DNA of 64,000 nucleotides from Octopus sinensis (GCF_006345805.1 NC_042997.1:175646001-175710000); one strand, 5' to 3'; shown: positions 1-11,460, numbered from the stretch's first letter. The notes: generated by a model from the sequence alone, not told the origin. Program-made: numbers and translations.

Positions 1-29
1 AGCTATAAGGTTTATTACCCACATATCAA

Positions 30-298
30 ATAGTTGTGTGTGTGTGCATGAATGTATGTGTGTGTGTGAATGTGTGTATATGAATGTGTGTGTGTGTGTG
101 TGTGTGTAGTCAGTGTATCATATATCCAAAATAGAAGCACTCTATAAAGCATAGAGCAGCAATGTATTTATATGTAGTTAAGTCAATGTCTGGTCATGCT
201 TCTTTTTGGATGCAAAACCACTGGTCACTCTATGGCCGGAAATAAACTTAACTGCATATAAATATAAATATAAATATAAATATGTATATGTATATATG

Positions 299-333
<35 letters not shown>

Positions 334-771
334 TTATATATAGACACACACATACACACACACATATATACAGAAATATGTGTGTATGTATGTATATTAT
401 AAATGACAGCTTGCTGAAAATTGGGAAAAAAATCACAAAACAGTTGACTTGCTTTTGAATATTGGGTCACTTCACTTAGTCATACACATTCTTTGCCCTT
501 CCTTCTCATATAGACAGATGTTACTATTGAGCTGACTGCCTACTAGAGGAGGAGGAAGAGGAGGGGTGGTGGTGGTGGTTGTGGTGGTAGTTGGATGGGA
601 TGCAGAGATGTGTGGTTGTGATGGGGCAGAGTTATGAAAGTGTAGGCAAACAAGCTCTTTCTTACAGACAAAAATATACTTCCTGAAACACTTAGCTGTG
701 AACCCAACTCACACACTACTGCTTCATTACACATGCACGCACACACACGCACACACACACACACACATTCA

Positions 772-821
<50 letters not shown>

Positions 822-932
822 TGTATATATATATATATATAATATATATATATATATAGATAGATAGATAGAGAGAGAGAGATAAAACTTACTTGGAAAA
901 TAATGTGTGGCATTCAATCATATAATAATATA

Positions 933-1012
<80 letters not shown>

Positions 1013-1020
1013 GTATACAC
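30..1020. repeat. Cluster of simple repeats: (TG)n, (CA)n, (TA)n, (GATA)n, (GGT)n
   Basis: Directly visible; these tracts generate the spurious YI/CV-repeat ORFs in the ORF track. Confidence 0.95.
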
Positions 1021-1024
1021 ACAC

Positions 1025-1632
1025 AGAGGACATCATGAAACATGTACAACAAAAAGTTCAAAGTACGAGTACATGGAATATGAACTACTTTTTTGAACAA
1101 CGAAAGACAAAAATGGAAAACAAGGCAAACAACACAAAAAACACAAAAACCACTCTTCATCAGTTGTTGGCTGTTTTTCTACTCTCGTATTTCGAGCATT
1201 TAACAACAAGATATGCTTTCGATAAAACAGTTACTCCTGCAAACCAAATTAAATAAAATTTGGGATTTTGCGGAGGGTCAAAATAGGTAACACAAACAGG
1301 ACAGTGAAAACAAACAAGAAGGGCTGCTAAGCCTAAACGAGGTTGTGGTGGCAAACGCATAAATCAAGCTTGGACAGGAGACAGACAAGAACACGTCTTC
1401 CTTGATCCAGCTTCACTGGAGAGAAAGAAAGAAACACAAATAAGGAGAATAAAGATGGCCGATGATCACATGGGAGTCGCATGAGCAAGGGAGGAAGAGT
1501 GAGGGAGAGAGAGAGTGACAGACAGAGAACTGTTAAGGGGAGAGGAAAAAATTGGAGATAGGATAAGTGAGAAAAAACATGTTCTCGTACTTCGTATTTT
1601 TGTTGTACATGTTTTGTGATGTCCTGTGCCCA
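1025..1632. mobile_element. Element with ~50-bp imperfect inverted ends, possibly a Penelope-like pseudo-LTR fragment
   Basis: aggacatcatgaaacatgtacaacaaaaagttcaaagtacgagtacatg (~1028-1075) is the reverse complement, with a few mismatches, of catgttctcgtacttcgtatttttgttgtacatgttttgtgatgtcct (~1578-1625); flanked by (TA)n. The Penelope assignment is inference. Confidence 0.45.
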
Positions 1633-1664
1633 CATATACATATATATATAGATAGATGTTAGTA

Positions 1665-1696
<32 letters not shown>

Positions 1697-1698
<2 letters not shown>

Positions 1699-2050
1699 TC
1701 ATCATCATCATCATCATCGTCTAATGTCCGTTTCCCATGCTGGCATGGGTTGGATGGTTTGATTGGGGTGTGGGAAACCAGGAGGCTGCACCAGGCCCCA
1801 ATCTGATCTGGCAGTGTTTCTAATGCTTCTTCCTAACACCAACCACTCTGAGAGTGTAGTGGGTGCTTTTTATGTGCCACTGGCACAGGGGCCAGAGGAG
1901 CTGGCATCGACCACGATCAGATAGTACTTTTTACATGCTACCACGGAAGGCAGTCAAAGCAGCACTGGCATCAGCCATGTTTGAATGGTGCTCTTTACAT
2001 GCTACTGGTATGGGGGGGGGGCACAACTACAATTTCCATTTGGTTTGATT
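1697..2050 (-). mobile_element. RTE LINE 3'-tail family copy (family C), (GAT)n tail
   Basis: (tca)n followed by gtccgtttcccatgctggcatgggttgga...aacaccaaccactctgagagtgtagtgggtgc; homologous to the 3' end of the RTE insertion at 58740-58929. Confidence 0.85.
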
Positions 2051-2151
2051 TAGGTACTTGAGTTGAGGCACCAAAAATTAGTGCGGTATTATCCGTCCAA
2101 TTTCAAATAAGGTGAATAAAATCAAAATAAGCAACAGGATATCCAGAGGTG

Positions 2152-2239
2152 ATGCAGTACGACCGTTTCGAGCAGCTCCATTTAATTGAACAATGCAATT
2201 TTTACAACAATTTAAATGCAGAGCTATCCTCAGCTGCAT
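2152..2239 (-). ncRNA. Candidate type-I hammerhead ribozyme in a Penelope-like terminal-repeat fragment
   Basis: Minus strand: ATGCAG-CTGAGGA-[stem II tagctc..gagctg, extended by catttaa/ttaaatg]-ctc-GAAA-CG-gt-CG-TA-CTGCAT; 6-bp stem I, GUA triplet, non-canonical stem II junction. Confidence 0.5.
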
Positions 2240-2279
2240 AAATAAATAAATAAAATTAATTTAATCAATCAGATACATT

Positions 2280-2975
2280 TGTATAATTTTACTGTCCGGT
2301 AATGTAACTGGCAGTTCACAAATGATGTTACGCAAAACATTTTCAGTTTCCTTTTCTGCTTGCAAAGTGGCAATTGCAGTATCTTCAAATGGTTCTATAT
2401 TTTTTTTAATCAGTCTTCATAGACAATCTGCATGGCTTAATTTCTTGGATGGTATGTATTCCATCTTGAAATCATAGTTTAATAATATTTTAGCCCAATG
2501 TTGTAACCTATTAGTAGTATAGGTAGGAATTCCTTTTTTTGACCCCAATATCGATAATAATGGTTGGTGATCAATCTGTAGCTGAAAACTTCTACCATGC
2601 AAACATCTGTGAAATTTTTTCACAGCAAAAATGAGCACTAGATTTTCTTTTTCGATTTGACTATAAGTTTTCTCTGTTCATATCAGAGAATGTGAGGCAT
2701 GAACCACTGCCTTCATGTTACCATCTTTATATTTATGTAGCGCTACTGCTCCTATACTGTACTCAGAAGTGTCTGAAGCTATAACAACCGCCACTGCAAG
2801 ATCAAAGTGAATTAATGACAAATTAGATATTAATATATTTTTAATTTTGTCAAATGCCTTTTGGCAATTTTCTGACCAATTCCATTTCAATAAATTATTC
2901 AGTGGATCCCTAACTTTATGTATATTTGGTAATAATTTGCGAGTCCTAGAAATGCTTGTAAGGTCATGATATTAA
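2280..2975 (-). mobile_element. Ty3/gypsy pol fragment (RT thumb, connector, RNase H), degraded
   Basis: Motifs FLGLANYY, WSENCQKAFDKIK, IASDTSEYSIGAV, IFAVKKFHRCLHGRSFQLQIDHQPL, YIPSKKLSHADCL in frameshifted segments. Confidence 0.9.
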
Positions 2976-3769
2976 TCAGAGGTGGCAGGAATCTGTTCCT
3001 TATGTAGTGTGGTTCTCTGCCTAAGTGCCAGATTTGTCTGTCCTATATAGTTATGTCCACAACTTGAACAAGTTGTATTGTAAATTAGATTCTCAGAAGC
3101 ACAAATGAGCAATTACCTTCCCTGTCCTGAATAATAATGACCACCAATTACCTCCCCCCAGGTTTTTCTACTTGATTCATTCACAAACTTCCTTATAAGA
3201 ATATAGATTACAATCTTCTCAAGAAAATACAAAATTACAATAGTTTCATTGTCATGGTTAGAAAAAAGGAAACCAATCAGCATACACAATATTCTGTCAC
3301 TCATAAAACATATTAAAAAATATATTAAAACTATGTAAACTGTGTGCATTTTCCTTCTTTTATTTTATGTGTGTGTGTGTGTAGTTGTACTGGATTTAGT
3401 CATTGGACTCCAACCATGCTGGAGTATTGTAATAAAAGAGTTTTGTAATCTTGATGAGACTAGTACTTGTTTTTGCTTGCTACTGAATCTCTGATTGTTG
3501 AATCAGATTGTTGAATTAAGAGATATAAGCAACAGCATCAGTTGTTTATATGTTGTTTGTGGACATAAACAACAGCTCTTGGGAACAATCATTTTTATTG
3601 TATCATCTGTTGAGGAACTGAAAGAAATGGTTCTGCCAAACCTTTCTACCTGGATCTTAGTTGGTAGCATAAAAGGGTAACATTTCCTACAACAATAACG
3701 CTTTCGATGTCACTGACATATAGCTTCTGCAGCAGCCGTTTAGCAGGTAGTACTGGTACAAGTATACAT

Positions 3770-3867
3770 GTGTGAGTGCAAGTACGTGTGTGTGTGTATG
3801 TGTGTGTGTGTGTGCATGTGAGTGTGTGTTTGCATGTGTGTATGTCTACATGTGAGTGTGTGTGTGT

Positions 3868-3940
<73 letters not shown>

Positions 3941-3955
3941 TAGATAGATAGACAG
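3770..3955. repeat. (TG)n plus (GATA)n/(GACA)n compound microsatellite
   Basis: Directly visible. Confidence 0.95.
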
Positions 3956-4950
3956 ATTTCTTTATTGGCCACAAAGGGCTGGACACAGAAGGGACAAAAT
4001 ACAAAGTAGAGCTTTTCTTTTGGGGAAGAAGAAAAGGAAAAAAATGGCTCGGATTCCAATCAAAAGGGATCATGAAAAAAAAAAGAAAAAGTGGGGACAA
4101 TCAATAGGGATCGTGTATCACAGAAATGTCAATGTAAAAAGGGAAAACAGATTAGGTTTGTCCGTAGATAGAAAAGCCTACAGAAAAGACCACGGGAACC
4201 TTGGGCAATAGTGTCATGCAAAAAGAAAACATATTACAGTGACTCTCTTTTTTTCCCTTAGTTTTTTTTTTTGGTTCATAGGATTATGCTCAAGCTGGCT
4301 CCGTCATTCACATGTGCCATCCTTGCTACATTCACCATCTTTTTTTGAAACATTCACAAGACAAAATTTCCCTCTCTACTCTCACCTTCCTCTTCAAGTG
4401 ATACTTGAAGAAGTTGATGAAGGATTGACCAGAGAGGAAATTGTTTGTCTCTAGACCTTTCAGATGCGTCCACCATGTACATTCTTTCACCATAGCCACA
4501 AGTACAATGAAAATGGCTCTTCCTTCCCATTTCAAGGAAGGAGGCACGACAATATTCATGATAGACTCGGTTGATAAACCGACTCGTTTCATACGCAATA
4601 GCAGTCATTTGACATAGGTCCACAGGTTGGAAATGGTTAGACACTGACCGCATCCTGGACAGGTCAGCCCCGTGTTTCTCAAGCCATGCCTGTAGAGCTT
4701 ATCCCAAACAGGTAGCACTTCCCGATAGCACTGCCAGACCAGGGATCTCTGGAAGTTGTCCATAGGTCCCGGCCCCAAAGTTGTCTTGAACAGGCGGGTC
4801 AGGTATTCCTTGTCGACGCTCAGGTTTTCCCCGAGATTGTCGTCGTACCTCCCCTCCACTAATCCCCTATAGAATGCTTTGGTTGTGTTGAAGTCGCTCA
4901 AGGTCAACCCAGGACAGCATAGTTGCTTGAGAGCAACACGACACTCACAG
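3956..4950 (-). mobile_element. Tx1-like (L1 clade) LINE 3' fragment: C-terminal ORF2 with CCHC-type region plus ~330-bp 3' UTR
   Basis: SLVWQCYREVLPVWDKLYRHGLRNTGLTCPGCGQ...LWTYV and KRKVRVEREILSCECFKKRW, frameshifted; UTR ends in aataaagaaat. Confidence 0.8.
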
Positions 4951-6024
4951 TACAGGTGTAGATGCGTATTAAGGTTCAGTCCCATTGCATGGCACCTTGG
5001 ACAAGTGTCTTCTATAGCACCAAGCAATACAGACACAAACATGCAAATACATATATGCACTTGTGTGTATATATATATGTATGTATGTATGTATGTGTAT
5101 GCTCAGTCTTGTCATCATTGTAGGATAGTTGTGAATAGGCATCACTTTTTTTACAAGCAGTATAATTCATTTCAAGTACTCAGCGAGAACATGTCTGGCA
5201 ATAGGGAAATATTGTTGTTGATTGTTATCATGAAAAGAAGGGACTAAATATTTTGTAAAAGAATAAGATATAAGTGTTTTTGTAAGATATGAAAAATAAC
5301 TAACCTTAATAATGTTCAGCAGAATTATATTGGGTCAGAGAATACATAGAAGGTGAACAGTTAAAACATGTTTTTAGTAAATGAAAGTCTACAGCATGTG
5401 TTTTTATATGTGCATGTTATTACAATGTTTAAGTTCAAAAGTTGGTATGTGTGTGTCAAAATATATGTTTCCCATGTGACCAGTCATCAGTACGTATGTG
5501 TGCATGCTGATTAGATTTAAATGCTTGTTAACAGGAATTATCATGACGTGTGTGCACATGTGTGTGTACGTATGCATGAGTGTGCTCATGCATGTTAGTG
5601 TGTGAGTGTGAATGTGTGTGTGTGTGTTTGTGTGTATGTGGGTGTGTGTGTATGAGGGTTTGTGTAAACACACTAGACAGTAGTCTTTGTGTCAAAATTT
5701 GCTGCTGAGGTCAAGGTTACAATTTTTTTTGGAATTTCCAGTGTGAAGTCTGAAGTGTTTCCTGGTGACAAGGGGTCTGCTGAAACCTTTTTCTGTGGTA
5801 GCCAAAGGAGGGCACTTATACAGTCTTCATGGGCTGAGTCTATGTCAACAAAATAATAAAAAAAAACCAAAAATACAATTCTGCTTCCATGCAAGAAAAA
5901 GAAAACATTGACAGCTAAAGTCTATAACTCAGTCAAAAATCGTTGGTTTACCAAGTTTAGGTTTCAAATTTTGTCTGGACTTCCAGTTACACATGAATGC
6001 ATACATACACAAATTCCTCTTTTC

Positions 6025-6682
6025 TTTTTTACTTGTTAGAGTCATTAGACTGTGGCCATGCTGGGGCACCACCTTGAAGGAGTTTTAGTCGAATCTATAC
6101 CAGTGATTTTTAAATTTTTAAGCTTGGTACTTATTTTATCTGTGTCTTTTGTCAAACTGCTAAGTTACAGGGACGTAAACACACCAACACCAGTTATCAA
6201 GAGGTGGTGGGGAACAAACACAGCCACAAACACACAAACATACACATACACATATATAGATATGATAGGCTTCTTTCAGTTTCTTATTTCTTTACTGCCC
6301 ACGAGGGGCTGCACACAGAGGGGACAAACAAGGACAGACAAACGGGTTAAGTTTATTATATCGACCCAAGTGCATAACTGGTACTTATTTAATCGACCCT
6401 GAAAGGATGAAAAGCAAAGTCGACCTCGGCGGAATTTGAACTCAGAATGTAGCAGCAGACGAAATACCGCTAAGCATTTCGTCCAGTGGGCTAACATTTC
6501 TGCCAGCTCGCCGCCTTAGAGGCTTTTTTCAGTTTCTGTCTACCAAATCCATTCACAAGGCTTTGATCAGCCTGAGACTATAGTAAAAGACACTTACCCA
6601 AGGTGCCACACAGTCAGACTGATCCCAGAACCATGTCATTGGGAAACAAGCTTCTTATCACACAGCCATGCTTGTGCCTATA
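6025..6682 (-). mobile_element. tRNA-derived SINE family B copy, split by a family A SINE
   Basis: Body gactgtggccatgctgg...gggaacaaacac (6025-6285) resumes as tttcagtttctgtctaccaaatcc...cacacagccatgc (6520-6682). Confidence 0.85.
6286..6517 (-). mobile_element. tRNA-derived SINE family A copy (Tx1-like tail)
   Basis: Head aaggcggcgagctggcagaa (A box), gagttcaaattccgcc (B box), tail agcccctcgtgggcagtaaagaaat. Confidence 0.9.
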
Positions 6683-6966
6683 TATGCAAATAAATTCACT
6701 ATATTTTTGATTACATCTTTTGAAAAGATGTTGATAGTCTGTACTTTGTCCACTGGAAATTGCTGCATCCAGGTAATTCAGCTGATAATTCAAATTGAGC
6801 CTGGCAAAAATGTTTAAATAGAGAAATGAACAAATACATAACATAAAAAAATATTTTACTCTTAGTTTTAAAAAATTTTTGAGGAAATAATTTTTCCCTC
6901 AGAATACTGTAATAATTTATACTAGTTGGACCCGTGAAAAATTTATGGAAAACATAAAAGATGTAT

Positions 6967-7164
6967 TCTGTTGTGTCTGGGGAGAGTCATTTTCTTTTTG
7001 TGCCTTATAATGTAACACACTCACCAGTAAAATTTCCACTTATTATTTTTATTTTTCTAAAATTTTTGTTGCGTCTTGCAATAAGAAATAAGTGGAAATT
7101 TTACTGGTGAGTGTGTTACATTATAAGGCACAAAAAGAAAATGACTCTCCCCAGACACAACAGA
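6967..7164. repeat. Perfect 78-bp inverted repeat with 42-bp spacer
   Basis: 6967-7044 is the exact reverse complement of 7087-7164. Confidence 0.95.
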
Positions 7165-7284
7165 CTATGCTTCAACACACGAACTCAAATAAAGAATCTT
7201 GCAAACCAAATCCAAAAACGAAATATAAAAAATGTAAGCATCTGTAAACAGTGTACTGGTGCCATGAGAAATGTTTGTATATTA

Positions 7285-7436
7285 TGACCGTCTGTCTTTA
7301 TATTCTGAGTTCAAATTCTGCTGTGAACGACTTTGCCTTTCGTCCTTTCGGGGTGGATAAATTAAGTATCAGTTGTGTACTGGGGTCGATCTAATCAACT
7401 GGGCCCCCTCCCCACAAAAAATTCAGGCCTAGAAAA
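7285..7436 (+). mobile_element. SINE family A partial copy (alternative tail)
   Basis: gagttcaaattctgc...gactttgcctttcgtcctttcgggg...tactggggtcgat. Confidence 0.8.
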
Positions 7437-8085
7437 GTATATTGTGACAGTTACAGAATATAGAAAGTAATGTACCATCAATGACTATATAATCCAACCA
7501 AAATATCTCAGTTTCACAAATGTAAACAGAATTACTATTTAACCTTAAAATGCACCGTACATATTCAAAGAACCTTAACATACAAATTGAAATGCAAAAG
7601 AACGAAATAATAAATGGATTTATGAATGAAAGTTTGGTAATTGCATTTATTTCCACCACGTGACACTTATTATTGCAAACATGTTTTAACTAACCTAAAC
7701 TATACACACACACACAAATACATTCATATGTATATTCTCAAGTTGTAGTTGTAATTCAAATGGGCCAGCCTTGTCATATTCTGTGTGAGGCTGAATCTCC
7801 CTGAGAACTACGTTAATGTTATGCATGACTGTGGAGTACTCAGCCGTTTGTGAGTTAATTTTATCTTCGTGTGGTAATGAAAAGTGAAATTGACACACAC
7901 ACACACACAGACATTTTGCCGTTATTATATATAGAGATGTATGAACTTTTCTTTGGATTTATGTATCTACTGTCTCGCTCACTTTCTCTCTTTCTCTTTC
8001 ACTTCCTTTGTGTACTTCTCCTCTCCTGCTTTTAATTTAACAATGTGTATATGTATCTATGTATCTACTTCTCTTGCAATGTGAT

Positions 8086-8333
8086 GAACATTTAAAAGCA
8101 CAACATAAACACCGTCACCACTCACTGTCTCTTTCACTTTCTCTCTTTCTCTCTCACTTTTTCTCTCTCTCTCACTCTCTTTCTTTCTTTCTTACTTCCT
8201 CTCTGAAACATTTAAAAACACAAAATGAACGCCATCACCACTCACTGTCTCTTTCGCTCTCTCTCTTTCTCTCACTCTCTCACTCACTCTCCCATTCTCT
8301 CTCTCACTCTCTCTCTCTCTTACTTCCTCTCTG
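8086..8333. repeat. Tandem duplication of a ~120-bp CT-rich unit
   Basis: aacatttaaaa...caccactcactgtctcttt...cttacttcctctctg occurs twice back to back. Confidence 0.8.
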
Positions 8334-8519
8334 TCCTCCTCTCTCTCGCTTTGCCATTTCTTTGAAGTAAGTGTGAGGTACACAACAGGTACATACAAAA
8401 ACAAAAAGTCAGCATATTAATATTATTGATGATACTTCAAATTAATTTTTTTTTCTATTTTCCTTTTACTAGTTTTAGCTTGACATCTGCAACCATACCT
8501 AGGGCATTGTTGTTAGCTT

Positions 8520-9440
8520 TGCTACATTTTCATTTAACCTCCTCTGATATGTGACATTTGGTGAACGAAGGAATTTAATGTTGCTGCCCTCATCTGTGTT
8601 TCTTGCCACGAGGTAGGTTCATTCAGAACCCTTGACAGGAGGAAATCCAGTTTTGTTTCAAAGACACCTACATCCACCCCATGTAAATCTCTCAGACTTT
8701 GTAAGAGGATATTGAAGAGCTGTGGGCCCTTGAAACCCAAGTTATTGCAGTATCTGGTCCTGTATCCCATTGGCAATGTTAGGATTTTGGGAACAATGCA
8801 TTGGCACCGCATTCTGCTGTTTTTGAACTTACAATACCAAAGTCAGATATAAGTACTTCAAGGATTTTCCAAATGTATATCACTACATATCATTTCTGCC
8901 TTCACTCTAGGGAGTAGAGACTTAACTTTTTCTGTCTCTCTCAATAGCTGACATGTTGCATTGAGACATTCTTTGTGTAGCTTCGCTGGATTGCTTCAAG
9001 TTCTGTCATTAATTTTACATTGTGTGTTGAATCATAGGTGGAAGCAGTAATCTAAACAGCTGAGGACAAATGTCCTCGAGATAACCATCATGGTTTCCTG
9101 TTCTCTCATCTGAACGTACTAAGGATTTTTCCAGCCAAATGCCTGCCTTTTATTGCCAACTTAGTAATATGCAGCTGGAAAGATACATCATTGCTCATGC
9201 AAATGCCCAGGTTCTGCCCTGATTTTGATTTGGGGATTTCAGTCCCTCCTGGGCCAGTGTGTCGTTTTTTATCCAGCTTTCTGTTTGGTAGTACAAGGCA
9301 TTAAACAGCATTCTATTTTCCTCAGCCCAGCTATATATTGTATCCAATCCTGTTGTGGACACACAACAACTCTAGGGTTTTGTCTCCTCTGAAAGACTTT
9401 TGTATCATCTCACAGCTAGCAAAGATGGCTATCTGAGCAG
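8520..9440 (-). mobile_element. Degraded CR1/L2-group LINE (RT from the DD motif to the C terminus)
   Basis: DDTKVFQ, NLGICMSND, LDYC, GPQLFNILLQSLRDLHGVDVGVFETKLDFLLSRVLNEP; many stops and frameshifts. Confidence 0.85.
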
Positions 9441-9515
9441 CTTAGAGCATATCTAAGAGGGTCGCTATGAACAGCAGTGGCCCCTTTCAAAACTGTAATT
9501 TTTTTTCAGGGTTAC

Positions 9516-9517
<2 letters not shown>

Positions 9518-9555
<38 letters not shown>

Positions 9556-9772
9556 ACATACATACATACATACATACAAATATACATATACATACAGGCA
9601 TACATATATGTATGTATGTATGTATGTACGTACGTACGTACGTATGTATGTATGTATGTATGTATGTATGTATGTATGTATGTATGTATGTACGTGTATG
9701 TATGTATGTATGTATGTATGTATGTATGTATGTATGTATGTATGTATGTATGTTTGTATGTATGTATGTATA
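9518..9772. repeat. (TATC)n/(CATA)n/(TATG)n compound microsatellite
   Basis: Directly visible. Confidence 0.95.
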
Positions 9773-9857
9773 TAAAATATCAGCAGCAAAAACTCACACT
9801 ATCAACAATGGAGTATTATTCTCAGTATACCAAATCTCATTAATATTTAAATACTAT

Positions 9858-10062
9858 AAGGCAGCAAACTGGTGGAATTGTTAGCACCCAGCCAACATGC
9901 TTGGTGGCATTTTGCCCAGCTTTATGTTCTGAGTTCAAATTCCATTGAGGTTATCTTTGCCTTTCATCCTTTCAGAGTCGATAAAATAAGTACCAGTTGA
10001 GCACTAAGGTCAATGTAATTGACTTACTCCCCGTGCCAAATTGCTGGCCTTGAACCAATATT
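9858..10062 (+). mobile_element. SINE family A, older copy (alternative tail)
   Basis: ggtggaattgttagc...gagttcaaattcc...ctttgcctttcatcctttcagagtcg...ttgctggccttg. Confidence 0.8.
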
Positions 10063-10469
10063 TGTCTCTTTTTCTCTCTATCTTCTCTCAATCAACCCTT
10101 TATTTTCTCTCTCTCAACTCTCTCTCGTTTGTGGGATGTTAGCAATGGCAGATGACTGAGAACTGTTAATAAATAAGGAATAAATAAGGAAGGAAATCAA
10201 ACAACGTCAGCAGCCATGGTGTCCAGGATTGTGTGGTCATTATGGAATTGACAGTGCCACGGGAGACAAGAATGGAGGAAACAAAAGAGAGGAAGGAAGG
10301 AAGGAAGGAAATATGCAGTGCTGGTGAGCTGGAAAAGAAAAACACGGGTTAAGGTGCAGGGGCTTTGAAGGGCTTACAGTTAGGAAGTGATTTAGCTTTT
10401 AGAGACATGATTGGACATGAGATGGAAGGATGAGTGGGGACAGATTTGTAGGGGTGACAGAGATTGTTT

Positions 10470-10790
10470 CATGTTGGGTAAGTTAAAGTTAAGTTAATTT
10501 TTTGGCTCAAAAAGCATAAAGCAAGGCCATGTAGGGGGACATGGAGTTAAGTACAGGGAGGGTGTTCGTGCAAAGAGTTCAGGCCATTTCTGGTCAAGAG
10601 ATTTTTTGAGCCGAGCGGTCATCGGCATCTTCACTATCTTGTCCGGCAGCTTATTCCACAGATCCGCAATCCGGACGGAGAAAGCCATCTCCTTCGATTG
10701 AGATGAAATTGTCGCAGATAGAGCTTTTCGGAGTGACCCCGCAGCCGACGCTCTGGAGAGAAGTTGGTGTGCAACACTGGAGGAGATACT
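10470..10790 (-). mobile_element. CR1 LINE 3' end fragment
   Basis: RLRGHSEKLYLRQFHLNRRR / FSVRIADLWNKLPDKIVK...LKKSLDQKW is a typical CR1 C terminus. Confidence 0.8.
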
Positions 10791-10849
10791 GAGTAGAGTA
10801 TATCAATGCAGCACTGGTCAGCTAGACAACTGTGTACACTGTTTAAATA

Positions 10850-11065
10850 TTGATTTCAAAAGTTAGTACAAGATTAGCAATTTCAGGGGAAGAATAAGTC
10901 AATTACATCGACCCCAGTGTTCAACTGGTAATTACTTTATAGACCCTGAAAGGATGAAAGGCAAAAATGACCTCAGCAGAATTTGAACTCAGAACATAAA
11001 GATGGATGAAATGCCACTGAACATTTTTCCTGGGTGCTAACAATTCCTCCAGCTTGTTGTCTTAC
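10850..11065 (-). mobile_element. SINE family A, older copy (alternative tail)
   Basis: gaccctgaaaggatgaaaggcaaa...atttgaactcagaac. Confidence 0.8.
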
Positions 11066-11159
11066 AGTATTTGAATATTAACAAGGTTTGGTATATTGTG
11101 AACAATATTCCATTGTTGATAGTGAAGACCTTTGCTGATGACATTTGATATTCATACAT

Positions 11160-11215
11160 ACGTACATACATATATGTATGTATGTTTGTATGTATATGGA
11201 TAGGTAGATAGACAC

Positions 11216-11260
<45 letters not shown>

Positions 11261-11414
11261 TAGATAGATAGATAAATATGTAGTTAGGTAACCCTAGGTA
11301 ACTGTATTGTATATGAAGAGACAAAGAGAAAGTGAGACAGTGTTTATATCTTACACACACGGTCACATGAACACACATACACCCTCACATACAGCACGCA
11401 CACACACACACACA

Positions 11415-11460
<46 letters not shown>
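11160..11460. repeat. (GACA)n, (GATA)n, (CA)n microsatellites
   Basis: Directly visible. Confidence 0.9.

Larger units (their letters stand above)
6919..7938 (+). mobile_element. Possible non-autonomous Helitron/HINE-like element with nested insertions
   Basis: Starts atactagttggacccgtg and ends cacacacagacattttgccgttattatatatagagat, resembling the termini of the 23138-24278 element; the internal assignment is uncertain. Confidence 0.4.
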
